64,000 nucleotides of DNA from Camelus ferus (taxonomy: Eukaryota). Shown here in pieces: positions 53,466 through 64,000 of the stretch. Numbering within the stretch: the stretch's first letter is position 1; each line of letters opens with the position of its first letter. The notes under the pieces are model-generated. The model was given only the letters and a program-made list of their open reading frames with translations, made no database searches and had not been told where the DNA came from. Made by a program: the position numbers and the translations under genes. Location of the stretch: positions 106,890,001-106,954,000 of the forward strand of contig NC_045696.1 of NCBI RefSeq assembly GCF_009834535.1, written 5' to 3'.

Positions 53466-55064
53466 GTGCAGCGTGGCGTTGCAGTGGCTGGTGATGTGTA
53501 TCTGTGCCCTGAAATGCAATAAGACCACAGGAGGGGCGAGCACAGCATCTTCCCTAACAATCTCTGATTACAGAAAGAAGCACAAAGAATACAGGGGTAA
53601 CATCAAGCTTCAAAAGAATCTCTTTATCTTTGCCCATGACCCCTTTTAAAACTCAGTTCTTATTAGCAAAATTTTCCTTGAATATAGAATATTTCTTTCT
53701 TTTAAGTTCACTATACTGCCGGGGGCCCCTGCTGGTACTAAAATTCTATTTTGACATTCACATGGTCCCATCTCCATTCTCAGATGCTTCCAAGAGCTGA
53801 GCTCTCCCCGTAAGCAGAGATGCCACTTTCTTTTGCGGGCTCAGCAGTGTCACTGATGATAGCTCAATTATCAGAAGGTATAAATCACTCTGGAAAAAAA
53901 TTGATCTCTTCCTACCTGATTGCACAAGTGGCCCCTTCATTGGAGCGCAAAGCGCCTGTGAAGGCTGGGCATGAGGAGCATTAAGACAGACAGTGGCCGC
54001 AGCTGGAAGGGAGGGCTCGTCAGTGCAGGAAGAGAGAGGGTTGATAGCACCTGAATACAGGGGAGGAAGCCAGCAACAAACGCTGGATGGACTAGAGCAG
54101 GCACACTACTGTATAAAGGATGAAGGACCACGTGAAACAGCAGGAAGCTGTATGCCAGAATGCCACCTAATGAGGTTCAAAGGTCAGTGTTGAGATTAAC
54201 AGGGCAAATAGAATGAATAAAAAATCGTGAAGTCAAGCAAAGAGCAATAAATGAATTCACCCACAGCAAAAAAAGAAACAAGTAAAGGGTTCTACCCAAA
54301 GGCAGCAACATTAGAACACTGATCAAAGCAAAGCAAAACAAAACAAAACAAAAGATTCTGGAGAGAGACAGAAAGGCAAAGCATAGCTGGACCCCCTCAT
54401 GAGTTCTCCAGAATACTCTCTGGGGCGCCTCACCCTTCACAGGAGAGCAGCTGGCAGTGAGTCAACATCTGGTGCTCTTCTGAGCTCCTGTTCTGGGTGG
54501 TCTATCCCACAGCCTCTTGCCACTGCCATCGCCTCACACAGTGGCCTGCTCCCTCAGCTGGCATCTGGCAAAATATTCAATCAAGACTACCTTCTGCAGT
54601 GTCTACTAGACCCAGTGAATTTGACCCACCACAGAGCCGAGAAGGCTCCTGGCTCCTCCTGACTCTCATGCTGCCACCTTCCCAGGTTCTCTTCACCTGA
54701 TGCTCAGGTAGGTCCAGAGGCACATCAGCAAGTCTGCTGTCCACCGGCGAATGAGACGCCAATGCTGCTTGGTGCTTCCCCCCATCAACTGGTTTTGAGG
54801 GACAAGGAAGCACCCCCTACTAGACTGATGGTTCATGGTTCCCATGATTTCCTTCTCTCCTTCATGTTCTGATTGTATAGTTATGATCCTGGGTATTTCT
54901 GGAGATAACAGAGCCAGTGAGGCTAACTTTCATAAGCCCCAGCTGCTGGGGGATGAGGGGGGGTTCTCTTTAGAATGTGAACTCCTTGATGCCTTCTTTT
55001 CCTCAGTTTTTAATCCTTCAGTGGCAAGCACAAAGTCCCAGTGAACATCCTATTACACACATAA

Positions 55065-55560
55065 TTACTATGCATTATAAAACAACTTAATCAGAACATG
55101 AAGGCAACTTGGTGGGGTAAGAGAGGTGGAGTGAAGGAGAGATCCTAACAGAAAAGAAAATGGCTAAGAATTTTATTTGGAATTGATGAAAAATAAGATT
55201 CTTCAGATTTAAGGTATTGCAGTGAAAGCCAAACAGGGTATATAAAAATGTATTCATACAAGGTACACCTTAGTGAAAGGACAGATAATATGAAACTAAA
55301 AGAATCTCTTTAAGCAACCAGAAAGAAAGGGCAGGTTACCTATAAAGAAATAGCCACATGTCTTAACAGCAAACTGCTCACCAGCAGCAACAGAAGCCAA
55401 AAGAGGACTGTCTTCAATGTACTGGGAGAAAATTACCAACAACTTAAAATTCGTAGCAAAATTATCATTTAAAGCAAAGGCAAAAAAAAAGTATTTTCAA
55501 ACAAATAAAATATGGGAAAATTAACCCTTCCTAGATCCTGGCTAAAAGAAATATTAAAAG
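55065..55560 (+). mobile_element. Old L1 ORF1 fragment
   Basis: aatggctaagaatttt...gattcttcagattt...cagcagcaacagaagccaaaagagg...aaaattatcatttaa. Confidence 0.6.
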
Positions 55561-55571
55561 ATATTCCTTTA

Positions 55572-55963
55572 TTGTCATACTAAGTGACATAAGCCAGAAA
55601 AAGAAAGAAAAATATCCTATGATATCACTTGTCTGTGGAATCTTAAAAAACAAAAAGACAAAAATGAATTTATTTACAAAACAGGGACAGACTCACAGAC
55701 ATAGAAAACCAACTTACGGGTACCAGGAGGGAAAAGGGGTGAGGAGAGATAAATTGGGAGTTCAGGATTTGCAGATATATAAAATAGATAAACAACAAGG
55801 TCCTACTGTATAACACAGGGAACTATATTCAATACCTTATAATGGTTTATAATGAAAAGAATATGAAAAGTAATGTATGTACATATATGTATAAATGAAT
55901 CACTATGCTATACACCAGAAATTAACATAACATTGTAAATTGACTATATTTCAATTAAAAAAA
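55572..55963 (+). mobile_element. Artiodactyl-type LINE-1 3' end
   Basis: ctaagtgacataagccagaaaaagaaag...cattgtaaattgactatatttcaattaaaaaaa; imperfect flanking repeat aaaagatattc / aaaggatattc. Confidence 0.9.
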
Positions 55964-56019
55964 GGATATTCACAAATAAATCTACACCAACAAAAATAAG
56001 TTATAAGTTCAAGGCTACC

Positions 56020-57610
56020 CTAACAAAAACAATAAAAAGTTGCATGTGCAAGTTTCTTAATTGCAACATTATTTGGAAGAGTAAAAGACCAGAAACAATC
56101 CAAATACCTAGTAAAAGAAATGACTGAATAAACTATGGTACCTCCATGCAATGGAGTATTACACAGTTATAAAGGGAATGTTGAATATCTTACTATACTA
56201 CTACAGAGAAATCTCCAAGATATTAAGTGGGAAAAAAGTAAGATGAGTAAAAACAGTTATAGTTCCTTCTGTTTATCTCAGAGGAGGGATATAAATATAT
56301 ATATATATCATAAATCTTTTAAAGACTGGTTACCTATAGAAGAGGGGAGAGAATTGGTTAGGAGATAGGTATAAAAGCTGGACTCCTTTGAATGTAACTT
56401 GCTTTGTAGATATAATCTCAAAACCATGTAAATTTGACATATTTGACATAATTATAAGGTAAAATTCAAGAAGGAAATAAAGCAATCCCTAAGAATCAAA
56501 ATTTCTTGACATAACAACTCAAAGGAGTTATTCCAAATAAGCTTACAACATCTCAAATAGACTGTATATTCCTAAAAGGATATAATCTAACAACAACAAC
56601 AACAAAACTAGAAAAAATATATGGTTTTTGGTAAACAAATTGCTGGTAGTAAAGCTAATATTGTTACTATGAGACAGTTGTGTAGTAGTATAGGATAAAT
56701 AAAATGAATGATTATGCCAGTATTGTTAAAAACTGAGGTTTTAGCATTGTTTAAAAGAAACACAAATGCAGGATCAGGATGACTGAAGTAAAAACTCTAT
56801 ACACCTGAAAGTTCTGAATTTGAGTAGGGAGGATATATATGAACTTATGGTGTATTCTATCTTTAAAAGAAACATGTATATTCTAACTCTAGCATTGAAA
56901 AGTTCTCAAAATAATGATCAACACTGAAAAAACATAATGATCAACTCTGTAGCAATGAACACCACTACCATCTAGATTATGGTTTCTAAAAGTCATTTCC
57001 CACTAAAAGGAATCAAGTCTCCTCAGAGAAATGGTTGATTCCAGATCTGGAGCAGGAAATGTGCAAGATGAGCTTAAAACGTTTAGTCAAACCAGACATC
57101 AAGGAAACTATCAGAATTTATCAGGACTATGATAAAGGATCTCAGGAGCCAAAATGAAGAGACTACCATTGGCCAAAACTGGGACAATCTGAGCATGCAG
57201 ACAGTAACTTCAGTAGATTCAATGTATCAAATATGTTTATTCATATTTCATTTGTATTTTCAGTAAAGCTAAAAAAACCCAAAACCACACAATACAATAA
57301 ACAAAATGTTTGATAAAGGAAGTTTCTTTTCATAGACATTCCAGCTAAAAAACACAGAAGAAATGATGGAATTAAACTGTCACAGTTCTGTAACTCCTCA
57401 TGAATTGATGCCTCTCTCGTATGTGATCCCAATGTCATGAACCAGAAATTATGCAGCCCCTTATGAAAGAACTTACCACCACTTACAAAGTAGTCTTGCC
57501 AAAAATAAATAAGTAACGAAAATTTTTAAAGGAACATGAATTTGAACAACTCTCTAAATCTAAATATTAATTTGTTACAGGAAAATAATTAATTATAGGA
57601 AAATCAGAGA
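56020..57610 (+). mobile_element. Old L1MC/MD-type 3' region
   Basis: gcaacattatttggaagagtaaaagaccagaaacaatccaaatacc...ccactaaaaggaatcaagtctcctcagagaaatggttgattccagatctggagcaggaaatgtgcaagatgagc. Confidence 0.7.
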
Positions 57611-59769
57611 TTAAAGGATGGGAAAACTCAACATTTTATTTAAGGTATCTATTTATATATTTATTTTAATATATGAAAAAGCACATTTGAAATTAATATG
57701 TGAAATATGTGAAAAAAGCACATTTGAACCATAATTCCATGAATAATACTCTGTGTGATAAAGCTAAAGAAAATATTTTGGCTTAAAACAAAAGTGAGCT
57801 ATTTAAAGGAAAATAGCAGTAGAGGTGTTAGGCAGATAGGGCAAAAAAAAAAAAAGAAACTGTGATGATTCTACTCAAATCACTGAAGTTTGGGAAATAA
57901 TGCAGATCAGTGTGGGCAAATCAAAAAAGATGCCATTTCACAAAGGTTGGAATCCTCAGTGTATGTTCTCTGGCCTGAAATAAGTTGCCATAAAAGAGAT
58001 AGGTACTTCCAGGAGAGCACAGGGAGGGGAAGGGTGCTGACATGGCCCAGGGGATTCCAAGGGTTTTCCAGAAAGAGGAGACAAAGGGTGAGGAGGAATT
58101 GTGCTGAAAAACAGTATATTTATTAGAACCCCTCAAATGTAGACTTATTGACTCTTAGGCTTAGAAGGAACCTTAGGAATTATCTGTTATATTGTTTTTA
58201 ATTAATTTTAAAATGTTCCCCTATAGATAGTGTGACACATAGGTATGCATTAGTTTTAATCCACATCCTAAGGTAGTGAGTTTATGATTGAAGTGGCCTA
58301 AAACAAAATTGTTGGGGACCTCAAAGAGCTTTTGTTTTTATAAGAGTTACATCTCTTGATATTTACCATGTTGGACACAAAAACTGAGAAATTTTAAAAT
58401 ACTTGTTAATTTATTAAAATAATAAATCCTTTGTATTGTAACATAAGCACATATTTATTTTAAAAAAGAAAAAAAAATTGCAATGAAAAAATGAAGTGAG
58501 ACCCTATGGATCAAAACAGACTTAAAAAGTAAATTTTACCAAAAAAAATTAAAAATTATCATAAGAAAGAAAGCTTAAAAACAAATGAACCAATAGCAAT
58601 ACATGAACCTTATTTAGATTCACTATAAACACTGTAAAAAATTATATGACAATCAGAGAAATGTGATCACTGTCTATATATTTGATATCAAATTATTTTT
58701 AAATATTTAGACAGGATCATGATTTCACAGCTATGTTCAAAACGAGTTTAAATCTTTTAATGAGACATAATGAAACAGAGCAAGTGAAATAGTATGGTAG
58801 GACTTGTTTCAAGAATATCTGATTGAGAGTGGAGGAATAGGTGGCACTATATATTAATAATAGATGGTGGATAAATCAGGTTCATCATTCTATTTTTCTG
58901 TATTTGTAGTTGTTTAAAATTTTCATAATAAAAAGGTTTAAAAAATTTAATGTAGACAATCTGATACCTGAAGTCTAGACAATAGCAGACTTCACTTCCT
59001 TGTCATTTCCTAGCAAATGAGGAAGTGTCTACACCACTTGCTTTGATACGTCAGTGGGTGATGGGAAGCAGGCATTTTGATTGACAGTTTCCCTGTTGAA
59101 CAAATGATAAAATTGCATCTGGGGGAAAATTATCTTGGAGCTTTTGCTGGGGAACTGACATATGTAAGTATTCTCCAACAGAAACGCAGACAACCACTTC
59201 CTTCTAGACGTTGTTCTGGGAGGATGAATGAACCAGAACCATGAGCAGTTTGGGGGAAACGGCCAGAAAGGAACCTCAGAGGCCAAATAGCCAAAGTAAT
59301 CACTTACTATATTATATCCTTTTCTATTAATCTAGTACATATTCTCTAACTGTGAGAAAAATAATTTCACATTTGTTGTTACTTTTCTCAGTTAGTCACG
59401 TAACATTGAAAACGAACCAAGAAGGGTCAGTGCAAGTGTCTAGCACAGCCAAAGAGGAAGTCAAGCATTGTGAATAGGAGCACGGGGTGCTTTCCCATCA
59501 GACTAGCAGAGTTTGTGTTTCCTCTTACTAACCTAATGCACCTACTACATAGTTATCTACTTTATAGGCTTGGGGGACTGTAATTTATATCCCTTGTAAG
59601 TGTCTACCTTGTAATTTGGGGGATTCAATGAGTTAATATCTGTAAAGCTCTTAGGACATAGTACCTGGCACACAGCATGCACCTTCTCAAAAGAGATTTT
59701 TTTGAATACATAGAACATCCAAATGACTGGTTTGGTGTGTAAATAATGGAATATTTTTGTAATCTAGAC

Positions 59770-59986
59770 CAGTAGTTCTCAGCTGTGGGAGACTTTGCCC
59801 CCAGGGGACAACATTTGGCAACGTCTGATGGTATTTTTTTATTATAACACCTGAGAGGAGTGGTGCTACTGTCATCAACGGGAAAGAGCCCAAGGATGCT
59901 AGTAAACATCCTGCAATACACAGGACAGCCCCCCACAACGATTAGCCCGTCCTAAATGTCAATGGGACCGAGGTTGAGAAATCCCG
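59770..59986 (+). mobile_element. MER20 hAT DNA transposon
   Basis: cagtagttctcagctgtgggagactttgcccccaggggacaacatttggcaacgtctg...aaacatcctgcaatacacaggacagcccccc...gaggttgagaaatccc. Confidence 0.9.
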
Positions 59987-60486
59987 TTCTGTGGCCACTC
60001 ACCTTAGGACAACACATTTTGCAGGAGTAAATAAGCGCCTTTTCATGTCAGTTTTATGCTAATTGCTTTATTTTTCTGTCCCTGGAAGTACAAATCAAGC
60101 ATCTGTAACAGATCCATTTTACATAAATTCTGGAACATATAGTAAATATCTTATCCATATTAGCATATTTTATTTTTAAAAACAGAATAAAAATGTAGTA
60201 CTGAAGGGTGTTTAAGGAGGTGAGTTCCGCAGTCAATTGGGGTTCAATTTAAACACACCGAATGAACCCCAGCTTGCTGTTTACTAGCCAGGAGACTTAG
60301 GATAGTCATCTAGCTGAGACCTGGGTCTCTCCTAACACACTGTATTATTAAAAGTATTAAATGAGTCAATCCATGTAAACCACTCAATAGTGTGTCTATA
60401 TTTTTGTTACCAACGCAGAACTTTAACTGCTGGTTAAATAAAGAAAATAGCAGATAAAGCTTTGGTATTTAAAAAATAATTTGCAT

Positions 60487-60578
60487 GTACTTAACACTAC
60501 TGAACCATATACTTAGACATGGTAAGACAGTACATTTTATGTTATGTTTTTTACCACAATTAAATTTTTACCACAATT
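60487..60578 (+). mobile_element. Very short L1 3'-end insertion with degenerate TSD
   Basis: gtacttaacactactgaaccatatacttagacatggtaagacagtacattttatgttatg...ttaccacaatt; flanks aaaaaataatttgcat / aaaaaataattcacat. Confidence 0.7.
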
Positions 60579-60710
60579 AAAAAATAATTCACATTGTCCT
60601 CCTAGAAAGCACTGTAGTATTGCGTCATGACAAAGAAATCCATATAATGGTATACAAGAAGATAGCACCTCCTAGCCAAATGAACATATGTCAGTGAACA
60701 CACACAGTCC

Positions 60711-61076
60711 TGCTGGGCTGAGCTGCATCCTCCCCTCAGCCCCAATGCAAATATTAAAGCCCGAACCCTGAACGTGACTGCATTTGGAGATAGGGCCTGT
60801 GAGGAGGTGATAAAGGATAAAGGAGGTTATAAGGGAGAGGCGCTGATCCAATAGGGTTGCTGCCCTTGTGAGAAGAGGAAAAATACTAGAGCTCTCTCTC
60901 TTTGCCATGTGCCGACATAGGCCGTCTGCAAGCGAGGAAGAGAATCCTTACTAGGAACAAAATTGGCCAGCACATTGATCTCAAACTTCCCAGACTCCTA
61001 CTCTGTGAAAAATAAATTTCTGGTGTTGAAGCCACCCAATCTGTGGTATTTTGTTATAGCAGTCCGAACTAAGACA
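60711..61076 (+). mobile_element. MLT1A-type solo LTR
   Basis: gtgactgcatttggagatagggcc...gaagccacccaatctgtggtattttgttatagcagtccgaactaagaca. Confidence 0.88.
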
Positions 61077-61082
61077 TTTTCT

Positions 61083-61216
61083 TTCTCTTTTTTTTTTTTT
61101 CAGTTGAAATGTAGTCAGTTACAATGTGTCAATCTCTGGTGTACAGCATAATGTCCCAGTCATACATATACATACATATATTCATTTTCATGTTCTTTTT
61201 CTTTGTAAGTTACTAC
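61083..61216 (-). mobile_element. Short antisense young L1 3' end with poly-T and 12-bp TSD
   Basis: T-tract followed by cagttgaaatgtagtcagttacaatgtgtcaatctctggtgtacagc; TSD aagacattttct at 61071-61082 and 61217-61228. Confidence 0.88.
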
Positions 61217-62712
61217 AAGACATTTTCTATTAAATGTAATTTATGAGAGAGACACTTGAAAAGGAAATCTGGATGACACTTGGTGTAGCTAGAAAGAGCA
61301 TGGTGAGGTTTTTGAAGGGAGAAGAATGAATGAAAAAGAAATTGGAGAGAGAAGCCAAGATAGGGAATATACGCAGAGATGAAGGACAGATAAGAAACAC
61401 CGAAGAGAAAATATTAAATTGAAAGGGGAGAAGGAGTCAGTTAAGAAAAATGTGGTGAAGAAAGATGAAAAAAGAATAGGTTTGAGAAAAATAACTCCTT
61501 CCCCTGCCTGGGTGTTATACAGCATGAAAAATTTAGAAGAGGAGAAAAAAAAAAACCTGAAAAAGTTACCACAGTAAAAAGAAGTGGGAAAGTTGGAGGT
61601 ATAGAGGAGGAAACAGAGAAAGACAAACACTGATCAGAGAAGCCACACTTTTTAATTATTGGAAATGTTTCCTTTGTGGCTGGAAGCTTTCCAAATATAA
61701 GATCACTTATGATCCTTTGGGGGCTTTTTCACTCTTGTTTCATTTTGTGTTTACTGATTATTACCATAGCCTCATAGGTAAGTTTAAAAACCCACCATCT
61801 GTCCAGAGCGTGATGGACCAGTGATGCATTTACCGACTCAGTGCAACCTCGAACCTTTCTTTCAAATTCCTTTACAGCGAGGTGGAAACACACATGCAGA
61901 CACACACAGCCACTTACGAGCAGAATGACCACGTTGTGCCCAAACGAGGAAATGGAAGCAGTACATCAAAGCAATTTTCTTGAAATCGAGAGAACCAGTT
62001 CACTTCTAGTATGACTGTGACTATGTGGGTCGGTATTTTTTCCTTCTGTCCTGGAACTGGCACAAAACCAAAAAGAAACAATCACCACTAAACCTGAAAA
62101 CTCCATTTGCATGTATCAAAGACGCAGATAGAATCTGCTGCCTCCAAAATGTCTAAGGGTTGCCCTAAACAAAGTCTCATAGAAACAAGTGAAGGAAAGA
62201 AGCGTGCAGAGTATTAGCAGGAAGGCCCAGGGCAGCAGATCTCAGAAAACAATGTTGAAAGTACATTTCCTGGAAGAGAGGGGCTTTGGCTAAAGAGCAG
62301 TATTGGCATCCTTTGTTTGCATGAAATGGGTACAGGAAATAGGGTGGGCAGGGCAGAGGCCAAAGTGAGCCTCAATCCAGTCTGCTTCAGAGACATACTG
62401 CAAGGCTAGCAGACAAATCATCTTTTCAGGAAGCAGTTTGTCTCCGTGGCAGTAGAAAACAGAGGTTCTCATGTGTTGTGAAACCCAGAAAGTGACTCTG
62501 ACCCCTCCCCACCCTCCACTCCCAGAACACAGGTGATCCAGGAAAATCCAACTCGTTCAACGGTGAGCAATTAAAAGAGGGGAGGGGGAATGATATAGCA
62601 CTAAGAGAAAGGCATTTAGAAGAAACATGGAAAAGAGAAATAAAAGTTCATGACACATGAAGAATACTCATGACAGAAAATATTCTCCAAAGCAGAAGAA
62701 AATTGTGAAGAT

Positions 62713-63230
62713 TTCAGTTTATCCATTGCTGGGTAACAAACTACCTAAAGCACAGTAGCTTAAAACAACAACCATTTATTATATCTCCAGTTTTTATGAG
62801 TCAAGAATTCAGGAGGTACTCAGCCGGGTGATACTTCTGCTCTGCATGGTTTTAACTGGGGACACCTGGTAGTTTTCAGCTTGTGATTTGGTTGGTCTGG
62901 AGGTCCAGGGAGGCTTCACTCACATACCTAGCACCTTGTCAGTGATGTCTGGGCTCAGCTGAGCTACTTTACCACCCCCAAGTGATCTCAAAGTCTGCCC
63001 ACATAGCCTCTCCAGCATGATGGTCTCAGCTTACCTACATGGTAGCTCAAGGTTCCAAGAGAAAGGTTGTAGAGGCTGCCAATTTCTTAAGGTCTGGCAT
63101 AATTTCACTTCTGCGATGTTCTATTATCAAAACAGCCACAGAGCTCATGCAGATTCAAGACAAGGAGCCATAGGTCCCACCTCTAAGAAGAGAGCCAGAG
63201 AATTTGCAGCCACCTTTAATCCACCACTAT
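62713..63230 (-). mobile_element. MaLR LTR (MLT1G/H-like)
   Basis: ccattgctgggtaacaaactacctaaagcacagtagcttaaaacaacaaccatttatt...gcagccacctttaatccaccac. Confidence 0.8.
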
Positions 63231-63299
63231 GATCAAGCATCACTGTAAATTATTAATAAGTCAACAAATAGCCTCTATGAAGGCATACTACATGAAGAC

Positions 63300-64000
63300 T
63301 ATGACAGACATAACACCAAAAACATCTATCATCCCAGTTAATGTAATGAACTTTACTTTTTGATTTTAAAAATTATCTTCAGATTGGATCTCAAAACAAA
63401 ATCTAACTCCAGGCTCTGTACAGGAAGCACTCCTGAAACAAAGTGACTCAAGAAGGTTGAAAACAAAAGAACAGATAAGGGTGTACTAAGCAAATGTAAA
63501 CCAAAAAAAAAAAAAAAAAAAAAGAAAAACCCACAGAACTTGATCTTATTATTAGATAAGGTAAAAGTCAGGCTGCAAAGCAATAAACATGCAAAAAGGG
63601 CACTTTATAATGCTAAAGGGATCAATTCATAGTGAAAATTATTTAAAATATCTAGGCAGAAATATTTCTAAATATTCAGAAATATACTAGTAGGAGATTT
63701 AATTTAAGTTTCTCAGTTTATGATGTGTTAAGAAGGTAAGTAAGAAAAAAAATTACAGGTCTAATTAACATAATTAATAGGATAGATATAATTAATGTAT
63801 ATGAAACTCTTCACCTTGAGCGTAGACCACATCTTATTTTCAAGTGTCCATGAAATATAATCATATATGTGAATATGTACTCAGTCACATAGGAAATCTC
63901 GAAAAAATTCCCTGAAGTAGGAAATACATAGAAAACATCCTCTGATCATTACACAATAAACTAAACATTAAAATGTAACATTGGAAAACAAAAATTTATT
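63300..64000 (+). mobile_element. Old L1 ORF2 endonuclease-region fragment, running off the window end
   Basis: cagttaatgtaatgaact...gggcactttataatgctaaagggatcaattcat...ttttcaagtgtccatgaaa...cctctgatcattacacaataaactaaacatt. Confidence 0.7.

Noticed and set aside
61290..61630. Hydrophobic F/L/S-rich ORFs on the minus strand
   Set aside because: Artefact of a GA-rich low-complexity tract.
1..64000. CRISPR arrays, prokaryotic operons, intact transposase or reverse transcriptase genes
   Set aside because: None seen; all L1 and Tigger coding remnants are truncated or frameshifted.

Overview
Mammalian non-coding genomic DNA (intergenic or deep intronic). I found no supportable protein-coding exon: the ORF-track entries are short chance ORFs or decayed LINE-1 ORF1/ORF2 fragments. 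The window is dominated by interspersed repeats: young 5'-truncated artiodactyl-type L1 3' ends, long old L1M fragments, MaLR/ERVL LTRs (one with internal sequence), DNA transposon derivatives (Tigger1, MER20, MER94, MER5) and many MIR/L2 relics. The young L1 ends, together with no recognisable Alu, B1/B2, SINEC, Bov-A/BovB or PRE-1, suggest an artiodactyl and probably a camelid (inference). Several repeat-free blocks rich in homeodomain-type motifs look like developmental enhancers (inference). The clearest specific observation is a tailless U6 snRNA 5'-fragment retrocopy with a perfect 15-bp target-site duplication inside a MIR. Several other very small L1-mediated insertions and L1 rearrangements are also visible. 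I did not find evidence for a novel biological system. Repeat subfamily names come from recognition by eye and boundaries are approximate unless stated as exact.
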